This document shows, in pieces, positions 26,701 through 35,244 of a stretch of 64,000 bases of DNA. The notes below the pieces were generated by a model. That model did not search any database. It was not told the origin of the DNA and saw only the letters and a program-made list of their open reading frames with translations. The position numbers and the translations under genes are program-made. The first letter of the stretch is position 1; every line of letters starts with the position of its first letter. Origin of the DNA: a virus. Where the stretch lies: the IMG/VR virus record IMGVR_UViG_3300026488_000012, positions 1 to 64,000 of that record. One strand, 5' to 3'.

Positions 26701-29700
26701 TTTCATCTTCCACTAATTCTAATTTAGGTCTATGTTTATTTATAATACCTTTTATATTTCTAGCCTTACCTGTTAATCTATCCTTTATTCCAGATAAACC
26801 TTTAGATATTAATCCTCCTATGTTCCTTGCTTCAAATAACGATACTCCTAATCCTGCTTTTAATCCTTTGTTACCTGTATCGATAGTCTTATCTAAGAAG
26901 CTCTTAGTGTAATCTTTTAATTCTCCTGTATAATATCCTAACTTAACTAAATCTTCATCACTAAGTAAGCTGCTAATATCTATATTAGTAGTCTCTTTAA
27001 GAAGAGGTATATGGTCTATAATGTTTTCTCGTTTTAATATATCTATTAGTTTCTTAGGAGACAATTCTATCTCTCCAGTATCTGTTTTTAACATTATTTT
27101 ATTGTCATCTGTTTTATATAACCTATCAGCTATATCCCCTGGTAGGTATTTCTTAATAGTTTCAATATCCAGTCTTTTAGCTAACTCAGATTCTTTAATA
27201 CTCTCAACTACTTCATTTAGTTTTTCACTTGTGAAAGGTATTTTAGAAGATACTGTATCGGTTACTCTTTTAAACCTATTCTTTAGAGATTCGGTATCTC
27301 GTGTTTTTATGTCTTTATAAATATCAGTTACATTCGTTTTTATGGTTCTGTATTTTTCAGTTACTTTTGTTTGTACGTTCTCTACCACATTTGAAAACAC
27401 ATCTTCTGGTAGTTGTTCTTTTAAATCTTTAAATAACTTTATAGGATTTTTGAGATCTTCTACAGGTACTGCTACAGTATGCTTACCTATAGCTATCAGG
27501 TAGTAAGGTATTTCTTTACCATCTATATTCTCTGTATAAGGTATGATATTATCTTTCAAATCCTCTATGAGAATCTGTGCTTGTAAAGATAACTCGCTAT
27601 TAGCTATTTTATTAATAATAGGATTAATACGCTCTTTATAGATGTTAGATTCTTTAAATTCTGTAAGTTTAGAACTCGTAAATTCTGATATATTTGTTTT
27701 ATATTTAGATATTCTGTTATTTACCTCTTTATATAGTTCGCTATTTCTAATAGTAGCGATTTTCTCACTTATGTTTTCTGATAAATCCTTAGAGAATGTA
27801 GTTAACCAGTTCTTATAGTCTTCTAATTGTGTGTTCTGTAGCCTCTTCCAGTTTTCTTCTAAAGTAGTTGTTACATTAGTGAATGTGTTTGTGATACTAT
27901 CTTTAATATCATTCTCAAATACAGATTTAACAGACGATGTAAATTCTTTTGTAAATGCTGTTATAGATTTCTCTAATCCTTTAATATTCGCCTCTTTTAC
28001 ATTTATAACAGCTCGCTGTAAGTTTAATGTTATACTTGCTCTACGTATGAGTGGATTAATGTTAGTAGTCTGTTTTGTATTCGTAATGAGTTTAGGATGT
28101 TCATTACTGTTTGGTAATACATCAACATCTATGATTTCACTGTCTGAGTAGTTTTGATTATTTATAGGTCTTACTGTATTCACTAATGAGTTACTAGTTG
28201 CATTAACTATCTTGGTTACTGCATTATTACTGACATTACTTAATCTACTAAGTATATGTCTATTGTTAATAGTTCTACTAAGAAGATTAGTATTTACATT
28301 ACCACTGTTAACGTAATCTAATCTATTTATCGATTCCCTAACGCTAACAAACCTATTATTATTGTTATTAGGGTAACCTAGTCTATTAATCGGGTATCCA
28401 GTGTTAATGACTCTAGATACTGTATTTCTAGAACTTCTGTCTGAATGTCTGATATAACGAGAATTCGTTATAACTCTAATACTGTTACTTAGTCTATCGC
28501 TTATTGTGTTTATAGCGTTTATGATACTAGTACTTGATTCTCTTATAGCATTAACTATAGGTGTTACATTCACCTCAGCTTTTATAGTTATCTTCTTAAA
28601 GTAATTTTTAAGTTTGTCAAGAGCTTTGTTTTTTATGTCTTTAATAACTACTGTTATATTGTTAGGTATGTTAACTTCTATTTCCGGATTAACGTCTATT
28701 GAATTTATCTGGTTACCAACAGTATTTCTAGTGTTAGATAGTCTGTTAGGAGTATTAACAGCGTTTTCTGTCTCTTGTAATAATTTATGTTTACCTTTAA
28801 ATAAGTCGGCTATTGTTCCTGACTCTATAGTTGTCGAATCTTTAGAAATAAGGTCTAATTCTTCTAAACCGGATATATCTGTAAAATTAGAGAATTTCTG
28901 TAAAGATTCAGATTGTATTTTTACAGAGTTTCTAAGTCCTTCTAAATAATTAGTAATATACTCCAAATCTCTTAGATTTCTGACGGTTGGTTTATCCATC
29001 ATTTCTTTTATTCTATTAACTATTTTACGTCTTATATTAGATTTAAAGACTTTTAATGGAGTAGGGTCTTCTATCCATCTAAAAGGGTCTATCTCTTTAC
29101 CGGATAATACAAGATTTAAAATACCTTTCTCAAAGTCTGCTTTATCTTTAGGATTTAAACCAGATTCACCAAAGAAATAGTAAATAATATTATTTGTCCT
29201 ATTAGCTAAGTTATCTCTAAATTCGTTAACATTATCTTTTATCTCGCTTGTAATTTTACTTAAGAGATTTTGTTTTGTAACGAATCTATTAGTTTTATAA
29301 TCAAAAACTAACTCTTGTTTTTCATCAGGTAACTTTCCCGTTCTTAATGCTTTTAATTCTTCTAATATCTTACTCAACAATCCTGGTATAACAGTTGTTA
29401 TGGATTTCTTAGTAGCTATGTCAAAATGAGTAGCTTCATTGATGTTACTCTCTCCTAAATCTATACTTTGTAAACTTGCCTTGTTTTTAAAGGCTTCGTC
29501 TAATATTTCGTTAAAATCCCTAAACAGATTACTTTCCCTAACTTTCTCAGGCATAATCTTTTCTAAGAATTTAGAAGGTGATTTAGTTACTCTTCTTAAA
29601 CCAAATCCTACTTTACCTAGTAAACCAAATTTATCTGATTTTTCTATAACTTTCTTCCCTACTCTGTTTAACACAACATCATCTATTAACATTTCAGCCA

Positions 29701-30676
29701 TCATAGCTAACTTCTGTTCAGGTGGAACCATATCGCCCATATCTTTCATCATCTTTAAGGCATCGTTAGCCATCTCTGTAGTAAGTAAATAATTACTAGC
29801 TTTTTCAGTCATAAAGTTAGCAAAACTTTCTTTTAGATTCTCTATAGGTTTGGATTTAGTTATAAGGTTAATACCTGTCTCTATAGCTTTCTGTCTTATA
29901 GTATGTTCTAATACGTCACTACTATTTAATTTTACCGTATCTGGTAAAGCAGTATTTTTAACTATGGCTTTTATATACTTACTCCATTCCTTACCTATGT
30001 TTAATATGTTCGTTCTTATGTCAGCTAAGATTAGAGTTTGTTTCATTTGTAGTTCTAAACTTTTCTTAATATATTTATAATGGTCTCCTACAAGGTACCC
30101 TTTAATGTACTCTAAATTAACAGCGTTTCTAAGATTAAGCTCTGTATCTGCTAGTCGTCTTATCTCTTCTTCTTTTTCTTTCAATCTCTCAGATACATGT
30201 TGTTCTCCGAATATCTCATTAACAACTGAGACTACTTTATCATCTTCGGATTCTTCTACAGAATCGTTTCCTTCGTCGTCTTTACTTATAAAAGCTTCAG
30301 CTATCTTCCTAGCAGTAGAACTAACGCCTGGTATCTCTGGTAAGATATCTGTAACAGCCATGAGTAGATTACCCGTTGTATTACCTATAGTCTTCAGTGT
30401 TTTAGTAAATGGTTCAAGTATACCATCTCTGACGTCTTTTAACGTATTTATATCTTCTTTTATAGGGTTTGGTAGATTATTCTCTATTATGTTAGATATT
30501 TTACTAGCTAATAAACTTGGATCGGTATAAGAATTCACTACCTCCTTAGTAACTATTTTAGCTACATCCACTGGTTCCCTGGAAGAAGGGTCTATGTCAT
30601 CCTCCATTGATATATTATTCGCTTCACCAAGTAAACTATCTAATTCCTTATCAAAATCTTCAAAACTTTCAGCCAT
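23720..30676 (-). CDS. Tape-measure-like giant tail protein (phiKZ gp181-like)
   Basis: 2318 aa, largely helical; acidic N-terminus FEDFDKELD; hydrophobic G/A-rich segments near the C-terminus; located near the vRNAP beta' gene as in phiKZ. Confidence 0.7.
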   Translation of the reverse strand: MAESFEDFDKELDSLLGEANNISMEDDIDPSSREPVDVAKIVTKEVVNSYTDPSLLASKISNIIENNLPNPIKEDINTLKDVRDGILEPFTKTLKTIGNTTGNLLMAVTDILPEIPGVSSTARKIAEAFISKDDEGNDSVEESEDDKVVSVVNEIFGEQHVSERLKEKEEEIRRLADTELNLRNAVNLEYIKGYLVGDHYKYIKKSLELQMKQTLILADIRTNILNIGKEWSKYIKAIVKNTALPDTVKLNSSDVLEHTIRQKAIETGINLITKSKPIENLKESFANFMTEKASNYLLTTEMANDALKMMKDMGDMVPPEQKLAMMAEMLIDDVVLNRVGKKVIEKSDKFGLLGKVGFGLRRVTKSPSKFLEKIMPEKVRESNLFRDFNEILDEAFKNKASLQSIDLGESNINEATHFDIATKKSITTVIPGLLSKILEELKALRTGKLPDEKQELVFDYKTNRFVTKQNLLSKITSEIKDNVNEFRDNLANRTNNIIYYFFGESGLNPKDKADFEKGILNLVLSGKEIDPFRWIEDPTPLKVFKSNIRRKIVNRIKEMMDKPTVRNLRDLEYITNYLEGLRNSVKIQSESLQKFSNFTDISGLEELDLISKDSTTIESGTIADLFKGKHKLLQETENAVNTPNRLSNTRNTVGNQINSIDVNPEIEVNIPNNITVVIKDIKNKALDKLKNYFKKITIKAEVNVTPIVNAIRESSTSIINAINTISDRLSNSIRVITNSRYIRHSDRSSRNTVSRVINTGYPINRLGYPNNNNNRFVSVRESINRLDYVNSGNVNTNLLSRTINNRHILSRLSNVSNNAVTKIVNATSNSLVNTVRPINNQNYSDSEIIDVDVLPNSNEHPKLITNTKQTTNINPLIRRASITLNLQRAVINVKEANIKGLEKSITAFTKEFTSSVKSVFENDIKDSITNTFTNVTTTLEENWKRLQNTQLEDYKNWLTTFSKDLSENISEKIATIRNSELYKEVNNRISKYKTNISEFTSSKLTEFKESNIYKERINPIINKIANSELSLQAQILIEDLKDNIIPYTENIDGKEIPYYLIAIGKHTVAVPVEDLKNPIKLFKDLKEQLPEDVFSNVVENVQTKVTEKYRTIKTNVTDIYKDIKTRDTESLKNRFKRVTDTVSSKIPFTSEKLNEVVESIKESELAKRLDIETIKKYLPGDIADRLYKTDDNKIMLKTDTGEIELSPKKLIDILKRENIIDHIPLLKETTNIDISSLLSDEDLVKLGYYTGELKDYTKSFLDKTIDTGNKGLKAGLGVSLFEARNIGGLISKGLSGIKDRLTGKARNIKGIINKHRPKLELVEDETISQLKSLTDGDPYDVLTKIMISLRDISVQPDDKDEYKLLKSVFDTIDPTSILWELTVGDNEQSFKELKDLHILVKKMKPEEYEELLNDPDYAKYILENSIGENLGEGIGNIELFNKKVLTKKHSKFMRKDDLRDIARKLRKNEVSYFELDRETEVKFKEMIKKQLQENNDTSLTKELLKEIFGDNWNNKKLTALDVLKLATTGYFKGSWWTGRNILRPMYKQAFKSLGEITKFGVRTMLTDVLGLNPAVAEGIIKVMEFPFKVADKIGKSISATMEKARDSLKKVWGFMSDMVKKFGSGMWKLGMKVLSLITGRDSEELDTYIKGKAKEVKDKVTNTKAGKIIGGTAKFTGSLIKKAAKLPFETLIINDEDLWLNKKMGDVSEKVKKHLEEVKDVGKRSMRMSYKDIIKEYLGDVELPGLDTVSNVIGGIMPDYNDPTEVNKYTDTDGRVVMESNTEILKSTKTKLRDKVKDLLKREKHIKNEEETEENHREKTDKTKTKNKTRTDDKEIKHNDDVEVDNKRTKNNKSILSNVVSGLVKAPVIAAKVGRTILRPTYTTLGEVGIKGVKGLANVTGLTTTTKDKLENEREERTKEHVESLNKRLEKIKQLRTYEKADEKQQQTTKTENKNDFLKYLGLIWGGIKLIPKLLNKLIKGIFDYLPKIAKSLLGLPSLLKNVVTKTWDWIKNIFNKTKTLGGVVTAAENTSLLGSIGSWLKDKATTVVTTVKDKLNSVGGFLSRTWDKAKSVVGGMLNTVKKKFTSIITKIAEHLPGVSKILPKLKAVLPFINKIPIAGLITGLGTVGYDIIKGQWTKAAVDLASTVLSQIPGPGTAAATALTAATMSMGDDSDVSNTNKNETTSIPVTTGENNNTITMNTIPDIKPDKKTISPIETRQPIINIKPNNSVTPIVTKPNIHIKNDIRDLEKLHSSSVELVDVAKKSTSVQEEMLKRLDQLVEILTDKGNDTKHNYGHTKHNTNRHYEYAPAPAVNIRK

Positions 30677-30761
30677 TATTTATCCTTTATTAAATATTGT
30701 TTCAACCAAAAACCTAGATACACGTATAAGCTATTATAACATTTCTAATTAATTATGTTTA

Positions 30762-30779
30762 TATATTAGTAAAACGTAA
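30762..30779 (+). promoter_or_regulatory. Putative early promoter (18-nt motif variant)
   Basis: TATATTAGTAAAACGTAA upstream of the SD of 30804. Confidence 0.55.
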
Positions 30780-30803
30780 TAAAAAAAACACAAGGAGAAG
30801 AAA

Positions 30804-32729
30804 ATGAAAGAATTAAGAAATAAAAAATACAGTAACGAGTTAATAGAGTTACTAAGAGAATTTTATTCTAAAGCAAAAGAGATAAATAATGAGGTAACCG
30901 ATTCCTATAGTTTTAACTCTATATCAAAGATACTTAATATACCTGTTAGAGGAGGTATATTAAGACCTATTGATATATTAGTTATCGGAGATATCTATAT
31001 CTTCAACGATATAGAATATCTATCACTTAGAGAGGTCTTAGACTATTATAACCTACTAGATAAGGTCTTCAAAAAGGTAATAACTAGAAAAAGTAGAAGA
31101 GAAAAACTAAGAAACCTAAGAAACCAAGAATTATTAGAAATGGCTATAGATTACAACGTAGACCCTAAATTATGGTACTACGTTGAAGAAGTAGCCGAGA
31201 ATGTGGGGGTAGAAATAGATGACTATGGTATAGATTGTTTTCCGGTAAGAGAAATAGTACAAGCCTACTATAATAGTGGGGCTAAGTTAGGTGGGAAATT
31301 AAGACTTTATTTGTACGAGTTATTTCACGCTACAAAAAAGTCTCTAGGCGACGAAGATGCTATCATCTTTTATCCATCTATACCTGATAGAAGCGAAACC
31401 GCTAAGGAGTACAAATACAGGTTAAGATTTTGGAGAAGGATGAACAACGTCTTTCCTAATAATCATCGTTGGGAACTGAGAGCTACCAAGTATGTTCAAA
31501 AATTACTTGGTAGGGTATCAGTCAAAGCGTTCTATCTCTTAATACATGGTATAGAAGATAAATTCTTAGATAATAAACCAGTCAGGTACGAAGACCTGAA
31601 CTGGGATTTATATTTATCTAAGAAAGATAAAACACTTAAAGAAGTAGCTAAGTTTCTACCAAACAGACTATTATGGAGATTAAAAATAAAAAGACTACCA
31701 AAGGGATTTGAAACAGGTATTTGTCCGAATCCATTTAAATTAACTAAGAGTGGATTTAAAGTATTTAGAAAATTACACTCTATAATAACAAAAGATAATG
31801 AGACCGATAACGCAACAGCGTTAGCAGCGTTTAGAATAGCTCAAATATTCAAAACTTGGGATAATGTAGAAAGGTGGTTTAATGCCATCTATGGTGATAG
31901 GTATGCACACCTAATATACGTACCTATATTTATACACGACGCGGGACAGATACAAGATGTTGAGTTATCCCAGGACGCTATAAACTTCTTAATAGCGTAT
32001 CCTGAGACAAGATGGAAAATAAAATTCTTAGAGAATTTTGAAAAGAACTTTGGAAGAGCACCAAGATCTAGAAAAGAATTAGAAGAATACGCCGCTAGAT
32101 TAGAATATATCGGCATTGATAACGAAATCGTTGAAATCTGTGCCAAATATAATTTAGACCAGGATGAAGCTGAAGATTATGATAAATTCTTCAGAAGAAA
32201 TCCTGGTAAAAAATACGAATCGCTCCCATACGTATGCGTAGAGTATAGAGGTTATACATTAGAAAAGATGAACGCGTACGACAAGGAGGGTCCATTCCTA
32301 GGTCTAGCGACCGCGTGTTGTCAGCATCTTCATAACTCTGGTGCAGATTGTGCTAAAGCAGGATGGAAAAGTCCCGTTAGTGCTTTTTACGTAATCAGAA
32401 ATAAAGAGGGTAGAATAGTTGGACAATCTTGGGCGTGGAGATCATCCTGCGGTAAGTACATAGTATTTGATAGCGTGGAGGGTAGATCATTTGTCCCTGT
32501 TGAAATAATAGCCGAACTAATCAGACTAGCAGCTAAAACTATATCGTCCCAGTATAGTCTAGGTGTACAAGAACTATTAATAGGCGACACTAACTATGGG
32601 TTAACTAAGGCTCTACATAAATACTTTGGTTACCCAGAAGTTGATGAAATAGCTGAAACACCAGATTCTCTAAGCTGGGTAGACTACTGGGACGGAGATG
32701 AAGGACAATGGAGAGTACCGATAAATTAA
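30804..32729 (+). CDS. PcfJ-like (predicted GNAT-fold) domain protein
   Basis: C-terminal LGLATACCQH...G..C...FYVIRN..G.IVGQSWAW...FDSVE pattern; helical N-terminal region. Confidence 0.5.
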   Translation: MKELRNKKYSNELIELLREFYSKAKEINNEVTDSYSFNSISKILNIPVRGGILRPIDILVIGDIYIFNDIEYLSLREVLDYYNLLDKVFKKVITRKSRREKLRNLRNQELLEMAIDYNVDPKLWYYVEEVAENVGVEIDDYGIDCFPVREIVQAYYNSGAKLGGKLRLYLYELFHATKKSLGDEDAIIFYPSIPDRSETAKEYKYRLRFWRRMNNVFPNNHRWELRATKYVQKLLGRVSVKAFYLLIHGIEDKFLDNKPVRYEDLNWDLYLSKKDKTLKEVAKFLPNRLLWRLKIKRLPKGFETGICPNPFKLTKSGFKVFRKLHSIITKDNETDNATALAAFRIAQIFKTWDNVERWFNAIYGDRYAHLIYVPIFIHDAGQIQDVELSQDAINFLIAYPETRWKIKFLENFEKNFGRAPRSRKELEEYAARLEYIGIDNEIVEICAKYNLDQDEAEDYDKFFRRNPGKKYESLPYVCVEYRGYTLEKMNAYDKEGPFLGLATACCQHLHNSGADCAKAGWKSPVSAFYVIRNKEGRIVGQSWAWRSSCGKYIVFDSVEGRSFVPVEIIAELIRLAAKTISSQYSLGVQELLIGDTNYGLTKALHKYFGYPEVDEIAETPDSLSWVDYWDGDEGQWRVPIN

Positions 32730-32805
32730 TAAAGGTACCTCCTTGTCTTTTTTTTCTTCTAAAGAAAATCATCGCTTGATTTAATTTAAATAAAAAGGAC
32801 AACCT

Positions 32806-34443
32806 ATGGATAAAAACATAAATAAGTATGTATTCAGTAATAAAGTACCTTTTAACTTAGAAATACTAAAAGTAACAAAGGATACTATAAAACTACTCGG
32901 AGAAGTTAAATCTATAGATATATTCCAAGCCAGCTCTAATGAATTTAACCCTGAGGGATTATTCTCTACAGAGATATTTGGTAAAGTAGGTTCATCAGAG
33001 AGAAATGAAAAATTCGGGTATATAGATTTAGGTTTAACAACCCTACATCCACTTATCTATGAAACTATTATATCTTTAAAACAGTTCTATAAACAAATTA
33101 TAGAGGGTAAAGCATATGCTAAATTCGATCCTAAATTAAAAGACTTTGTAGAAGCTTCTATAGACGATGGTGAAACTGGTTTTAATTTCTTTATTAAATA
33201 TTACGATAGTTTACAACCAGAAAAAACTAATAGTAAAGAAAGAGAAAACAAGATAAAACTAATTAAAAAGTATATGTTAACAGATGTAGTAACTGATAAA
33301 TGGTTAGTACTACCAGCTGGGTTGAGGGATTATATAGTTAAAGATGGTAAACCTATGGAGAATGAAATAAACAATTATTATAGAGAAATAATAAAAGTAT
33401 CCAAGACAGCCAAGATACTAGCTAAATCAATTACTGATAAAAGCGACCCTATTCTGAACATAGTGATACTTAAATTAATTAGATCAGTAACCAGTCTATA
33501 TGATTATATATTAGGAATACTAGAAGGTAAACAGGGATTTCTACAGGGTAAATGGGCTAAGAGAGCTTTAGCATATGGAACAAGAAACGTTATTACTTCT
33601 ATCCCTCTAGAAACTAAACACGCAGATGAACCAGTCTTATCTTTTAACGAAACTATGATAGGATTATATCAGTTTGTTAAAGGATTAGGAACTAAAGCGT
33701 TATATGAACTAAAAACAAAACTATTAGATAATGTATTTTCAGAAACATCCACTGATGTTTTCTTAATAAATCCTAAGACTTTAAAATTAGAACAAATCCC
33801 TCTATCTGATAAAGAAAGAAAAACTTGGCTAAGTCCTGAGGGGTTAGAAGAATTAACAAATAAATTACACCTTGACAGTATTAAGTTGTCTCCAGTAACA
33901 ATCGAAAAGAAATATTATTTATATTTAGTCGTTGATACTGGAGATACCATAGAACTATATAGGGATATTACTGAAGTACCTGAAGATAAAAGACCGTACG
34001 TTAGACCTATCAACTATGCAGAGCTTTTCTTCTTAGCAGTAAATGACGTGGTCAAAGACGCATATGCTACTGTTACAAGATATCCTATAGATAGTTATGG
34101 TAGTATTTATTTTAGTAGATTAAAGTTAAAGGTAACTGTAAAAGATAGAAAAGTAAAATTTAAACCTTATAATGGATTAGAATACATTACTATAAATAAC
34201 TACCCTCGTTTTGATTCAGAATTTTATAACTCTATGTCAGTACACGTTACTAAGTTACCTGGACTTGGTGGAGACTATGATGGAGATATGACTAACCTTA
34301 ATATAATACTTACTGAAGAAGCTAAAAAAGAAGTAGAAGAAATATTAGGAAAAAGAGAATATTACATAGACGTAAACGGTAGCTTAGCATTCCCTGTAAG
34401 TAATTTAATAACGGATATAACGTTGAAAACATTAACAGAATAA
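32806..34443 (+). CDS. rpoC: Virion RNA polymerase beta' subunit, N-terminal part (phiKZ gp180-like)
   Basis: NPEGLFSTEIFG, LVLPAGLRD, GTRNVIT, TRYPI, catalytic GGDYDGD. Confidence 0.92.
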   Translation: MDKNINKYVFSNKVPFNLEILKVTKDTIKLLGEVKSIDIFQASSNEFNPEGLFSTEIFGKVGSSERNEKFGYIDLGLTTLHPLIYETIISLKQFYKQIIEGKAYAKFDPKLKDFVEASIDDGETGFNFFIKYYDSLQPEKTNSKERENKIKLIKKYMLTDVVTDKWLVLPAGLRDYIVKDGKPMENEINNYYREIIKVSKTAKILAKSITDKSDPILNIVILKLIRSVTSLYDYILGILEGKQGFLQGKWAKRALAYGTRNVITSIPLETKHADEPVLSFNETMIGLYQFVKGLGTKALYELKTKLLDNVFSETSTDVFLINPKTLKLEQIPLSDKERKTWLSPEGLEELTNKLHLDSIKLSPVTIEKKYYLYLVVDTGDTIELYRDITEVPEDKRPYVRPINYAELFFLAVNDVVKDAYATVTRYPIDSYGSIYFSRLKLKVTVKDRKVKFKPYNGLEYITINNYPRFDSEFYNSMSVHVTKLPGLGGDYDGDMTNLNIILTEEAKKEVEEILGKREYYIDVNGSLAFPVSNLITDITLKTLTE

Positions 34444-34534
34444 TCTTATTAGAAGGAATAAACACGACACGGATAAGATAAGAAATCTTAGATATCTTAA
34501 ATATGATTCAGACGGAATAGATACTGAATTCATT

Positions 34535-34559
34535 TTACCGTAGGATAGTCCTACGGTAA
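34535..34559 (+). terminator. Terminator hairpin
   Basis: ttaccgtagga/tcctacggtaa. Confidence 0.6.
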
Positions 34560-34589
34560 GGTATATTTATTTTTAACATTTATCGGTTA

Positions 34590-34607
34590 CTTATTACTAA
34601 ATTGCGA
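34590..34607 (+). promoter_or_regulatory. Putative early promoter (18-nt motif variant)
   Basis: CTTATTACTAAATTGCGA upstream of 34633. Confidence 0.55.
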
Positions 34608-34632
34608 AAAACCATTATGAAAGGAGCTAAAT

Positions 34633-35169
34633 ATGAAAAGAAAAGAACTAATCAGTATTAACAAACTAGAAGATAATGTTAGAAGAACATGTAAATTAAG
34701 AATCAAAGACTTAGAGAGATATAAAACAAAGTTACAGATAAAGGTTAATCGTCTTATACACGAGTACTCTGATTACGTAAACAGAGTGATAAAAGACATC
34801 AACTTTGATTATGATTTTTATAAAGGTTTACCTAAAACCGGTGATGCAATTTCCGTAGAAAAATGGATACAGTCTATATCAGATTTACAAGCCTTAATTA
34901 ATAAATATAACGTATTAAGAGGTGTAAGAATAGGTAGCGACGATGAACAATACTACGATGAAACACCAGCTGAGATAGCGGGAGCGCTAACAGGACTAAT
35001 GAATGCCTTGTACTGGGATCTAATGGTATATGCTTCACTAGAGCAGGACCAAGAATACCATAGGAACATATTAGTGGATGGTGGCGAATCTGTGAAAAAA
35101 GTAAAAAATGATCTCAGTATAGTATTGAACAAGTATTTTAAAAATGCTAAAGCCACAGAGACTCCTTAA
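34633..35169 (+). CDS. Hypothetical early protein
   Basis: 178 aa, SD aaggag, own promoter motif and terminator. Confidence 0.75.
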   Translation: MKRKELISINKLEDNVRRTCKLRIKDLERYKTKLQIKVNRLIHEYSDYVNRVIKDINFDYDFYKGLPKTGDAISVEKWIQSISDLQALINKYNVLRGVRIGSDDEQYYDETPAEIAGALTGLMNALYWDLMVYASLEQDQEYHRNILVDGGESVKKVKNDLSIVLNKYFKNAKATETP

Positions 35170-35184
35170 CGTAGGAGTCTCTGT
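35155..35184 (+). terminator. Intrinsic terminator
   Basis: acagagactcct/aggagtctctgt followed by long T-run. Confidence 0.8.
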
Positions 35185-35244
35185 ATTTTTTTTTTCTTTT
35201 AATACCCGTCAATCGCTTGAAATCATCTTCTATAAGGAGTAAAT

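Noticed and set aside
23952-30530. Numerous 76-141-aa + strand ORFs opposite the tape-measure gene
   Set aside because: Hydrophobic S/L/F-rich antisense shadows of a K/E/N-rich gene, with no SD or promoter.
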